DNA of 62,759 nucleotides, the filler included, from Asterionella formosa (taxonomy: Eukaryota), in the NCBI GenBank assembly GCA_002256025.1. It is 18 parts of 18 records of this genome, joined end to end, with 100 filler letters (N's around TTAATTAATTAA, not from the genome) between each part and the next. Parts side by side here need not be neighbours in the genome. Positions count along the whole stretch, not along the records: positions 8,151 to 28,615 come from NKIB01003353.1; 17 more parts are not named here. One strand, 5' to 3'. Numbering within the stretch: the stretch's first letter is position 1; every line of letters starts with the position of its first letter. The notes under the pieces were generated by a model that worked only from the letters and a program-made list of their open reading frames with translations, made no database searches and was not told the origin of the DNA. The translations under genes and the position numbers were made by a program. Shown in pieces: positions 11,100 to 24,800 of this stretch.

Positions 11100-12260
11100 C
11101 ATGAGAATTGCTTGCGTTTGTTTACAGGAGCAAATCTCATCCAGGCGGATGATAGCTAATTAAGATGTCGTCGTTGTTGCTAGTCTAGAAACAGCTAATA
11201 CTGGATAGAGGAACAAGAAGAGAATATACAAATTAATTCGATTTCAGGAAAAAGATACAGTATGTTGAAAGATTCTCCAGCTTCAGAAATTGGGAAACTC
11301 AAAAACAGCCACCTATTTGTGGGCATCATACTTTTTAGTGATGGATCGCTCCACGATTGACAAAATGCAAAAAAAATCTTCACATCCATGATTGCTAATA
11401 ACAATGCTCAATTTGTCTATTGAATGCAGGAACAAGGCGATGGAAGCATGGCAGTGGGTGTCGCTGTTACCTGAAGTAGAAGTTAGCAACTTGGAAAAAA
11501 TTCCAAATCTATCAGATTTGAGCAAAGAACGTTTAGCCCAATATCACAACCGATCCAATATGCGACAAAAGACAAATATCACAAAACACCATCATTCCGG
11601 CAATTATGTACCACTATTTCGGTGGTGATGTACAGGGTGTCCATGGTGCTTCACCTTTCGAAACCTTACACCAATTTTTAAACGGAATAATGCCATACAT
11701 TCTAGAGTCACTGTACAAGAATTACAGATCTGTTAATGACCTTTGGAAACAATTCTTCATCAAACGAGCATGGCCAGATGTACCTGAACAAGAGACCAAT
11801 GGACAAACGGAAACATCCAAGAAGAAATTTTTTTACAGTAATTGTGAGGGGGAAATACCCGTTACTGTTGGTAATACTCGTTCACAACAAGAAAGGTACC
11901 TACATTGGCAACAGTCAAGACCAAAGTTGGAGAATCAATAGCATCACATCAATTTTTTCCAAAATTGATTTTGAAATGATAGCAAGATTGATCAATGGTC
12001 AACTAGAAAGACAAAGTGATCGCAGGAAATTCCAGGCTTATGTCTATTAACAATCTTCACCATGGCTGGCATGATGGGTCCCAAATTTCAAAAAGTTGAG
12101 TCATACTTTACTATATTATTATGGCTAAGTATTTCATTGAATGTCAATCTGAATATGGTACAATACACTGCTGTAGAGAGTATAGAAGTCATCCTAGGCA
12201 AACGAATTCGAAGATATCTTAGCTACTGTGACAAAAACAGTAACTGGAGAACAATGTGAA
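11100..12260 (+). mobile_element. Degenerate Plavaka-like transposase fragments
   Basis: FGGDVQGVHGASPFETLHQFLNGIMPY and LERQSDRRKF occur across shifted frames with many stops. Confidence 0.45.
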
Positions 12261-14559
12261 TTAACTGGATTCTTCTGTCGCATACCGTTTACCCAAGTTC
12301 CATGGAATGATTCATCACCCTCATTTGTTAAACAAATTTGGAACTCCTATTAACTTCTTTGGTGGTTTCCTAAAATCATTCTTGAAAGAGAAATTGAAAC
12401 GTCCATGTAGAAGAGCAAATGGTCATACACACCGTCTACAACACGATATATTATTGAAGAGTTGCCTATAAAGGAAGACAGTACATATTCACTTGCCAGG
12501 AAAGTTCTCTTCCCCAGTGATTGCGTTATTTCTCTGCTGCTATTGAAGTGAATTTGGAAAGTCGGAACGGTAATCAATACTAGCTACACTGCACCAGCAA
12601 ACCCACTTTTATGGGGAAATGTCATTAACTCGGATTGAACCGAATCACTCCTGGCGTCTGTTTGTTCGTTGAGAAACACCAAGAACATGACAGTCCATGA
12701 TCGCATGTTTTTTGCTACAGGAGATTTTCATAATTTCTCAAAATCGTTGTAAACTCTATCATGTTGAACGCCATCAAGAAGGACAGAATGATGGCTCACT
12801 CTCTGCATGGCCTCAGTAATACTAACCAAAGCACGTTCAAATTCTTTGTCAATTTTCTTGTTTTCGCTCTTCATGATCATGCCAATGGAATGATTTTAAG
12901 CTATGTTGAAGCATTTCACTAAGATATGTCAGCTTGCTTGGTATCACTTAGTAACATCGGAGATAACTCAAAATTTGGATTAAACTCCATTGCTGCAACT
13001 TTGTTAACCCACGAACCCACGATTTTTTTCAAACATATTCCATAACCGCATCTTCAGTTCCGAAATCTGTGGTATCGTCAGGAAATGACCATCAAATTCC
13101 ATTATTTGCATTAAATTTCATTCCCAAGAATGTATCCCAACCATCAATCGTTAACCATGCCTCATTTTGTTTCCCCGTAAACACCGTTTCTCCACTGTGC
13201 TGGTGTAACTGAAGTTATTATTCCATAAACTTCACAATCCTAAAGGTACCACATGACCAACTGCCATCCTTGGTTGGTTGGTAAATGACATCCACCACCA
13301 GCAATCTTAAACTAAAGTTTGCCATCAGCGTAATCTCGGATCCTTGGTTTCTCACCCAATGTTTTCAAAAAACTTTTGCGACATAGTGATCTAGCCTTCT
13401 TCCTGACTAATTTCCATTTGTCGAACTCTGTGTTCAACTTGACCACATTTTTTGATGGTATAATTTCTTTATTGACATCAAACCCTGGGCAAATTCGGTA
13501 TTTATGTGCAATCTTGTGAATGCATTTCGAATGACTTTTCAAACACACTCCATGTTCAGGATCACATACTTCAACTATGCCATCATATCTTGGATCAAAA
13601 CAATATAGAAGGCTGAATCAAATACTTGGCAATTCACGAAGAATGAACCACAGGACATGGATTCCACTCAACAAAATGATGGTGAAACAATATAAAGGGG
13701 ATTATTCAACTGTTCCAATTCCACACCATATGCCGAAACAGCAACATTAACCTTTCCCCGCACAGACTTTTCCACCACTTAATTAACTGATGTGTTTCTT
13801 TGTTTCTTAGCGGTTTTCGAAACCTTTCAATACATCCACATCCTTACTAGAAAAAAGGAGGTTGATGCCTCGACCTGTTCATTTACTTTCCTATCAGTTA
13901 CCCTAATAATTTTGTAATTCTTTGGAAAGCTATCGTGAATTGCTCATCTCCAGATTTGTAACATGATATCTGGATTTTCCTTTGCTGTACCTTTCTCTTT
14001 TGCTTTGGAACGGGATGACTGCTTAATATCAAGCAAATCGGAATCAATAGACTCTGTGGAGATAGAAACAAGATCTACCAGCTACACAAACCTGGCGATC
14101 TTCATTTCAAACTTTATCGTTGTTGTCAATTACCTGTGTAGATTTAGACGCAGAGACCACACAACATCGATGTTCTTCACTTGTTGGAATGACAGGAATG
14201 ACTTATTCCGTCGGCTGGTCAGGAAAGAATGCCGGTAAGGAAATATATGGGGATTATTAGAAACTCCCCAATAACAACGAAGCACTTCATCAACGTCATT
14301 GCTGGACACATCTTGACTAGCTACTGTTGTTGCTATACCAGTATGCCATTCCTCGATATTGAATGATGAATGCTAGTGGTATCAGGTATTCTGCATTCTT
14401 CTATTTTATACATAATACATACCTGACACTCTACTGGTCCAAGCAGGGTTCCATTTCCACCAATGTCCAGGCCGCCTTCCTCCTCTGACTGCAAGCCCTC
14501 CACCAGCGCCACTACTACCAATTCTACCACAGTACCCTCTCCCACATCGCAGGCACTGC

Positions 14560-16010
14560 CAATGTCATGGCTGATGATGATTGCAGCCGGCATTGGCACC
14601 TTTCGGATGCTCAACTAAACACGCACCCAACATCACCACTCTATTCGCCGCTCTCTTCGACCAGACTGGGATTTGACATCTTCAGCTCTTCTAATGGTGG
14701 TCCTTCTTGCCTCCTCTCTACCCGTTCACATCACCGCCATCCATGTCAAGAATCACCAAGATGACGACAAACCCTTCTTTAATTATCTTACTATACCCTG
14801 CCAGCCAAACTCAATATTCAGGCAGATGGTCTCACCCATCTAGCATATCATCAGCGTGCCCCCTCTCCCAGCCACTTGCTCATGTTCTCTCGCCTTTAGT
14901 CCCGCCTGCTACCCTTCTGATAGCAGGTCGCCCAGTTTCCTCCAATCTGGTCACGACTTCACTAACTTCTTACTAAAAACCTACTAAGCAAGAATATGCT
15001 TACTTTGAGTCTAAAGATGGTTGGACTTCTGCTGATTCAGACTCTATCGATTGACTCTCCTCTTCCAGCGCTTAGTACAAACATCTCTCTAATGGCATGA
15101 AACTTGCCTTGTTCAAATTACATAATGGCCAATGGCCAACAAATTATACCCTACACAGCCAGAAGGGGTCACTTACACTCACCATTATGTCCTCACTCAT
15201 TGCAACCCTTCCCTAGAAACTCATGATCATGTACTCTGCTGCCCAGCAGCTGTCATCTTCAGAGATTCGCAATGGACACCTATTGCTTCTTGCCATGACA
15301 CTTCAAACCACAATTCAGACACCACCACGACCCCACATTCCCTTAGCCATCCTCAGCACTCATGGACTTCAGTCCTGGGCCCCAGGGTGGAATGTCTCCT
15401 CACTCCCGGAGTGAGGAGACATTCCACCCCTGCCTCTGGCCCTTTCCTCCGCCTCCCCCTTCCGACGCACTCCAATTTTCTGCCTAAACTGCATTTATTC
15501 AACAATCTTCTATCGGTTGGAACCATTTACTTGCTTCTTAGGGGCCACATCACACTCACCCGCTGGTGCCAGGCCATGACCATATAGAATTATCAACATT
15601 TCCCAGACAAACCCTATGATGATCCAACCAGATGGTGCTTCTAGTAGTAATTGTATCAAAATTATTCAAACCCACTCCATGGCTGGCACAATGATGGAGA
15701 TCCTGCAATGACTTCATCCACCATGGCTGCTGGTGCCACCATCACAGCCCAGCAAGCAGCCCACCTAACCCACACCCTCATAACCGATGTCTCTACCGCC
15801 TATCACAATCAAATTTCCGTTCCAACTGATGAAAGGGGTCACTGCCCTTTGCTTTTGGTCTTCCTCTCTCCACTTGCCTCACACACTCCACCTCTGCAAT
15901 GACCACAGCATGGTTGGAGATGTGCGTACAAAGCAGGTCAAACCCATCTCACTCATCACCAACTCTGCCAAGACCAATGCCGGCAATGCTCTATTCGTCA
16001 ATAATTTCTA
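14560..16010 (+). mobile_element. Degenerate non-LTR retrotransposon (LINE) C-terminal region
   Basis: Frameshifted LFKLHNGQWPT, CNPSLETHDHVLCCP (CCHC-like finger) and QQSSIGWNHL..RGHI; C/A-rich strand. Confidence 0.55.
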
Positions 16011-16282
16011 AATCGATGCCTACTAGTACGGGAGATAAAGCAGATTTGGAGCTATTCACTTCAATTTTGCTTGTCAATGATACTTTTGGAAACACTGCCT
16101 ATCTTGTATGTGATATGCCAATTTGTATGTACGTGCTCGACTACCGGTATTCTATATCCACTATAGGGTATCTGCTGCTGACCAGGAGGACAGTAAGTAT
16201 GTATGCAATCAACAGTACAACACATTTGTACATATTTTCAGTATTTCCCTGGCACGACACACCACTGCGTTGATTTATGATA

Positions 16283-16355
16283 CAGTACCAGGTACCAGGT
16301 ACCAGGTACTTGGTACCAGGTACAGGTACAGGTACCTGATACGAGGTACCGGTGT
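16283..16355. repeat. (GTACCAG)n-type microsatellite upstream of the MYB gene
   Basis: cagtaccaggtaccaggtaccaggtacttggtaccaggtacaggtacaggtacc. Confidence 0.8.
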
Positions 16356-16820
16356 AAAGAATTATCACCAGAATAATCGATGCAGCCATCATACCACGTC
16401 ACACGTACACCAACGATGAATCATTCCAATATATTCAGACTTGTATATATTTGATGATAGATTCAAATTTAAAGTTTGAATCCATCCTATCCAAACCGAA
16501 GGACACTTTACTGTTACCTAATGATAGTGAGAGCGTATTTTACCGTTGACTCCCTTGTTTGATTCCTCTCACATCATTTGCTGTTTCTAAATGTGCTGTT
16601 GGATACCGCCTTTGTTGATCTCGTTGCTCCTCCGACCTCATTGACTTCCCATTTGTGAATAGCTACCTGCGTCTACTGCTGCTGCTGCTGTCACATCAAG
16701 GAAAGGTCAAGCAAGAGCCGTTGATTTGTCTGGAGCGTTGATTGAATAACGAACGGAAGAGAACATATTCTGATTTGATTCTGATTTTTCAATTCGAAAC
16801 TTCCCGTAGAATCAGTTTCC

Positions 16821-19318
16821 ATGGCGCCGCCGACAGCAAGCAATTCACACAAGCAACGAAGCAGCGGCGGACAGCCGCGGAGCCACAATGGCCACTCACG
16901 ACAGCCCATGCTGATGCCAATGCCTCCTCCTCAGCGAGGCATGTCACACCCTCCTTCCTACTCGTACTATTCCAAGTACCCTCCGCCTCCTCCGCACATG
17001 TATCCCATGCACATGATGCCTCATTACTCCAGACCTCCGCCTCCGCCGCTGCAGAAACCGATGAAAGCCAAGAGTAGCATGCCCAAACCAATCCATCCTT
17101 TGTCCAATAACAGCAGCAGCAGTAATATCAACAACAAGAACAGCAGCAATAGCCGCACTAGCTCGGGGGCTGCAACGAAGGAAGACCCTCCGTCTCCTTC
17201 TGTTGGAACTGTCACTGGAAAGCCTTCCCAGTCGTTTGGAAAGAAGCAAGGGACCAAGTGGACGCAAGAGGAGGTGAGTTTACTCTTTGTTAGTTTCATT
17301 CCCGAACTGTGCAAATATTGTGCTGATTCAGAAAATCTCTTCCCTGAATAGGACGATGCCCTACGTATGGCTGTAGACGAGCACGGAGCCAAGAACTGGA
17401 AACTCATTTCGATTCGGCTCCCAAATCGAACAGAAGTCCAATGTCTGCACAGGTGGCAGAAAGTCCTCAAGCCATCACTCGTCAAGGGGCCATGGACAAC
17501 AGATGAAGACCGTAAGGTTATGGAATTGGTCAAGAAATACGGGGCCAAAAAATGGTCCTTGATTGCCTCGAATCTGCCGGGTAGAATTGGAAAGCAGTGC
17601 CGGGAAAGGTGGCACAACCATTTAAATCCGGACATTTGCAAAGAAGCTTGGAAACTGGAAGAAGACCGAGCGATACTTGAAGCGCACACCACCCTCGGTA
17701 ATCGATGGGCTGAAATCGCAAAGCTGCTCCCCGGAAGGTATGTACAGAATGTCGTTGTTGTGAACATCAACTATTAACAGTAAATCTCATTCGACCCTAT
17801 TTCCTTGCTAAAACCAGAACCGACAATGCAATTAAGAATCACTGGAACTCATCAATGAGGAGAAAGATTGAAAAATTCCTGGCCAAGAAGCAAGGGGTAG
17901 ACGAGATAAACATAAGATACACAGATGATGGTAGGTTCGATTTCATGGGGGATATTGACGGTGTGCTGGCTGCAGTTCGGGGCAAGGACGGCATAACGAG
18001 AATTCGAACAGGGAAGAGTGGCCAGAAAACTCGGCGGCCATCAATCGAAAAATCGTCTAGCGATGACTCTCCATCTCATGGACATCCCAAATCGCGTCCA
18101 CACCACATGCACCCAACTTATCATCACGCAAGTATGTATATGCATCATCCCTATTATCCTCCAATTCCAATGCATGCGATGCCACGTGGAAAACCAAATG
18201 ACAACAAGGAGAATATGAAGCCTAAAGGAGAGCTAATGTCGAATCGTAGAATGCGCTCTGGGCCACCAACAGCGGGAAGACATGGCAGTAATTTTGCCCA
18301 TTCTCCTGGCAAAAGCAACAGAAATCACGAGGACCATGTTGGCTCGTCACCATTCTTTGGGATGAGTGTGACGCCTGGAAGCACTCTCAAAACTCCATTC
18401 AAAATGGACTCTGAACTGTCCAGCTACTTGGAAAGCAGCCGAAAAACAATGTTTGACTCGCCATGTAGCTCCTACAGCTCCTCTTCCAAATTGGATTTAA
18501 AAGGAATGACACCGTTGACTGATCTTAGACGTGCATTTGCGTCGACGCCCTTCAACGGAGAAGAAAACCAACTCTTTTCTCCAAGTGCAATGCGAAATGG
18601 TGATCTAAGCAAGACTCTCTTTGGAGATGACGAACCAAATCAACTTGATCCAGTGCTCAAAACACCAAAACCATCAACTCCAACTGTTATACGGTTCAGA
18701 ATAGGTGATGGCGATGACAGGTATGCTCATACTATCCGTCATGTTTCCATATCTCCTGTTTCACAGATCGCTTTGGCGGGACGACCAAAGACAACACTTC
18801 GGGATTCAAGTAAATTCCTTAATTTGTCGGCATCCTTTGCAGATGATAAGAAGAAGATGCCACCTCCCAGCATCGCTAAAGACAGTCGTGACGTTTTGCA
18901 AGCGAAGACCAGGGGAACAATATTCTTTGAGGATAAGGCAATGATCATGAAAGCTGAACCTCATACCCCCGCTGCGGACATTACACAGGTCACTCAAGAT
19001 GAGTCCTTCTCTGATGACTCTACTAGAGACATTGCTGCGCCAAGTCCTTTCGACACTTCTATAATTGGAATGACTCCAGCCACTGCCAGGTCCAAGGATG
19101 GATCCTTCTGGAGCCGAGAACTAGATTTCAGTCCAGCAGACCACTCCTTCACACCATTCAAATCCCCACCCGGCCCTCGAGTTAAACTGGACAACCTGGC
19201 TGCCAATTCAGAAACTTTTACTGCTTCGCTACTCACTGCAAGTAACTCCTCGCGACTTGTTTCCTCACCATCATGCAAGCGACGAAAGTTTGAGGTTATG
19301 AATTCTCCGGCCGAGTAG
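16821..19318 (+). CDS. MYB3R: R1R2R3 (3R) MYB transcription factor, 779 aa; exons 16821..17273, 17352..17737, 17818..19318
   Basis: Three MYB repeats (KWTQEEDDAL, KGPWTTDEDRKV...GKQCRERWHNHLNP, AWKLEED...GRTDNAIKNHWNS) are restored in frame by two GT-AG introns of 78 and 80 bp. Confidence 0.93.
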
Positions 19319-19489
19319 TGTGCCATCTATGGTGCGTTTGCTGCTACCTTTTTGTCCACGAATGTGACGACATTCGTTCATATGGTGGACTAAGATTGGC
19401 TATTTTAACTTAAACACAACATTTGAAAATACGCATATAAGGATTTTCTTCTCTCTAAATCAGTCCATGTGTCAATGCTTATTATTCGT

Positions 19490-20656
<1,167 letters not shown>

Positions 20657-20727
20657 CTACAGACAGCCAATGAGTGAATTTTATGCGGGGGCAGAGGAGG
20701 ATGCGATGAATACCGGGTATACGTATA

Positions 20728-21540
20728 NNNNNNNNNNNNNNNNNNNNNNNNNNNNNNNNNNNNNNNNNNNNNNNNNNNNNNNNNNNNNNNNNNNNNNNNN
20801 NNNNNNNNNNNNNNNNNNNNNNNNNNNNNNNNNNNNNNNNNNNNNNNNNNNNNNNNNNNNNNNNNNNNNNNNNNNNNNNNNNNNNNNNNNNNNNNNNNNN
20901 NNNNNNNNNNNNNNNNNNNNNNNNNNNNNNNNNNNNNNNNNNNNNNNNNNNNNNNNNNNNNNNNNNNNNNNNNNNNNNNNNNNNNNNNNNNNNNNNNNNN
21001 NNNNNNNNNNNNNNNNNNNNNNNNNNNNNNNNNNNNNNNNNNNNNNNNNNNNNNNNNNNNNNNNNNNNNNNNNNNNNNNNNNNNNNNNNNNNNNNNNNNN
21101 NNNNNNNNNNNNNNNNNNNNNNNNNNNNNNNNNNNNNNNNNNNNNNNNNNNNNNNNNNNNNNNNNNNNNNNNNNNNNNNNNNNNNNNNNNNNNNNNNNNN
21201 NNNNNNNNNNNNNNNNNNNNNNNNNNNNNNNNNNNNNNNNNNNNNNNNNNNNNNNNNNNNNNNNNNNNNNNNNNNNNNNNNNNNNNNNNNNNNNNNNNNN
21301 NNNNNNNNNNNNNNNNNNNNNNNNNNNNNNNNNNNNNNNNNNNNNNNNNNNNNNNNNNNNNNNNNNNNNNNNNNNNNNNNNNNNNNNNNNNNNNNNNNNN
21401 NNNNNNNNNNNNNNNNNNNNNNNNNNNNNNNNNNNNNNNNNNNNNNNNNNNNNNNNNNNNNNNNNNNNNNNNNNNNNNNNNNNNNNNNNNNNNNNNNNNN
21501 NNNNNNNNNNNNNNNNNNNNNNNNNNNNNNNNNNNNNNNN
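20728..21540. other. Sized scaffold gap (813 N) in the divergent GFUS/SPT6 promoter region
   Basis: N run without the TTAATTAATTAA linker. Confidence 0.95.
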
Positions 21541-21802
21541 ACCTGGAACTTGTATGATGTACGAGGTATCAGCTACCAGTTACCGCTACATAGCAGTGGC
21601 ATGGAACGAGGCCGGGATTTGCGATGTTTATAGTTTTGTTTCCTGTAGAGTCTGAACCGTCTTTTACGTACCTTCCTCTCAGGAATCCGCAGCGGTGTCA
21701 TCATAGTGGCGCTGCCAATGCCATCATTCATATATCCTTCCATTTCCGCTACGACTTGTGTCCTTCCTTGGACTCCTCCTTACTTCACTACATTGACACA
21801 TC

Positions 21803-24800
21803 ATGTCCGACCATGAAGACGACAATGACGATGAAGAAGATGGAGAACTGCTCGACGACGACAGCAGCAAAGAAGCAGGACCTGATGCTTCCATGAGCAA
21901 TAATAACAACAAGAAACGCAAGAAACCCAAAAACAAAAGCAAGCCAGTTCCATCCATGATCGACGATGCGGCTGAACTGTCCGGGGACGAGGGCGGATCA
22001 GACGAAGAAGAAGATGACGATGAGAATGAGAACGATTACGTTCGGGATGGATTCGTGGTGGACGAAGTTGACGACGACGACGACGATGAAGCAGTCCGGG
22101 TCAGACGAGACGACCTAGAAGACAGCGACGACGACGACGACATGGACGAGGAAGCTCCTCGGAAGAAAAGCCGCATTAGCAAAATGAGAGATGTGCAACT
22201 GTTAGATGATGACGATCTGGATCTAATCAACGAAGCCAGAGGTGGAGCAGATGGAGGCAAACGAGCTAGAGAGGAAGCAGCAGCGCTCAAGTTGCGAGAA
22301 GCAGCCCGACTGGTAAAGGCCAAGGATGCACACGATCTGCAAAAAGGACTCTTTTACGACTCGGAAGAAGAAGAGACAATGGAGAAGAGGAAACCGACCA
22401 AACAACTCAAGCAAAAGGTGCAACTGGAGAGGTACGACGAGGATGGCATGGATGACTTCATTGACGATGACATAGGGGATCAGGGGGAAATCATGGCGGG
22501 GTCCAAATATGAGACTACCGGTGGTGTCAGTGAAGCTCAAATGCAAGAAGCAAGCGACATATTCGGAACGGATTATCTTGACTTCATGCAAGGAGGGGAG
22601 GAGGACGACGAAGAATTCATACAAACCAACAAGTACAAGGAACGTGGCGTAGGTATTGACTATGGTGTCGCGGACTCGGACGAAGACTACGATGAGGACG
22701 ATGACTTGTTTGGAGACGATGAAGATGACCAGCAAAAAAAGGAATCACTCAAACTCAAACGTGAAAAGAGGGAAATGACCAAGGCAGAACGTCGCAGGGA
22801 AGTTAAACGCAAGAAGGCACAACAAGCAAAAGCGGAACTCAGGAAAAACTTTGAACCTGTGCAGCTGATTGAAAATTTTTGTACCGAACGAGACGATGAA
22901 ATTAGGATCAAAGATGCACCTGAACGCTATTTTGATTGGAAGACGCCCTTTCATGGTTCCGCAGATGATAAAGGGATTTCGGCAGAAGAAGAGGAAGAGG
23001 CCATGTGGATCATGAACAAGATTTCAGCGATCGCAACTGACTTTTTTTCGATACCACCATTAAAAGTGGGGGATAAACCGGCAGATGCCATCGAACGACA
23101 TCAACGTGAGACATTAGAGTCCATTGCACATGCCTTGCGTTACATGCACCGGGAAAAATTGGAACCTGCCTTCATCAAGCGATACAGAAAGGATTATGTC
23201 ACGTCCAAGTCTGTCAGGGACAATTTGTATGCCATCATGGATGAAGATGGCGAGTGGGACCGGATGGTGTCCAAGCGGGATGCTGTGGATGACATGTTAA
23301 CGAATTTGGTGGCTGCGAGCGAAAACGACGAAGCTAAGGGAGCGGAAGAACATGATGTCATCAAGTTAAAAGTGGATTTGGGTGTCGCCCAAGAAAAACT
23401 TGATGACGTTGTACAGCAAGAGATCCGGATAAAGGAGCAATTGCGTGAAGCTAGTAAGGATGATGAAGAGGATGACGATCTTTTTCAGGACGAAGACGAA
23501 GATGACGAGAAAAAGGAAATACAAGAAAAGGCAAAAGCTACTATCAAAGGCCATTTAGCAACGGTCCAAGAAATGCTCCAGGATCGCGCTCAGCGTGTGG
23601 CAGATCTCGCTCAAGCTCTGAAAAATGCGCAAGCCCGAACGGCAGTCTTTGACGATGGGCCGTCGTTTAACATTGCTAAGAAAATGTGCCATGCACAATT
23701 GTGGAATGCATTGGACTACAAACAGTACCTCATGGGGTTGACAGCCGAGCGACATGTTGATGATATGAAACAATATCTTGCGCTTCTTAAGGAAGGCAAT
23801 GACGCGATTCGCAAGAAGGAGGGAGGTGAGAGTCTCATTGATGACAAAAAACGAAGTAGATCCATGAATAATGATCTCTACCGTTCTCGCGTCTCTGAAG
23901 GGATGAGACCCATGGCATATGAATTCATGTTAGCTCCTTCCCGCGGTGGTATCAAACTTGAGGAGATGGCTACAAAGGGGCAATTCAGCTATGATCGAAC
24001 ACTTCCGGGTGAAGAAGGATCTAGTGATCCTTTGAAATGGGTTGCACCAGTGATTATAGACTCTCCCACAAAGTTCGCTAATGACAAGATTGGGAGTGGG
24101 GAGCTTGTTCAGATTTCTGCTGGAGATTCCGGAAATAGAGTCGACGACGATCCACTCAGTGGGTGTCGGTTTGTTGCTGCCATTGAACTAGCTTACGAGC
24201 CGCGGGTTCGGCGGCACTTGCGAACTATTTTCCGAGAAAAAGCGGTCCTGACGACACGACCAACGAAAAAGGGATTGGACACAATCGATGCCTTTCATGA
24301 ATACTATGGATTACACTTGATCAAAAATAAGCCAATCAAGGAACACTTTCCAATGGAAGGGAAAGAGATCGAAGCTAGGAAAGATCATCTAGGTCCTGAG
24401 GAACGCAGAGAGCTTGATCTTGAGATGAAGAAACGGGAGGAGGAAAGTTGTCTGCAGTTCCTTCGCATTGTGGAAGCCGAACACTTTGGTCACATTAATG
24501 TCCATGTCCATGTCCCATACCTCAAGACGAATCAAGATTCCTGGTTCAAGGAATCGAAAAAGGATTATTTGAACAGGGAAAACCAGGATCTGGCTCCATT
24601 CATGGCAGAACTAGAGAAGGTGTTCCTTCCTCTGGACGGGGACACTGAGGAATGGAATGAGGAACGCCGAAAGATCTTTCGCTTTGCTTTGATCAAGGTC
24701 CTTCTACCCGAATTCGAACGCGAAACTCGTCGTGAACTCCGCGAAGCTGCTACTATGGTTGGAGTTGCGGCTGCTGGCAATAACTTGAGAGTGATGGCAA

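Noticed and set aside
17024..17770. 248-aa minus-strand ORF and other antisense ORFs over MYB3R, SPT6, CDK10 and pol
   Set aside because: Shadow ORFs of well-supported genes on the opposite strand.
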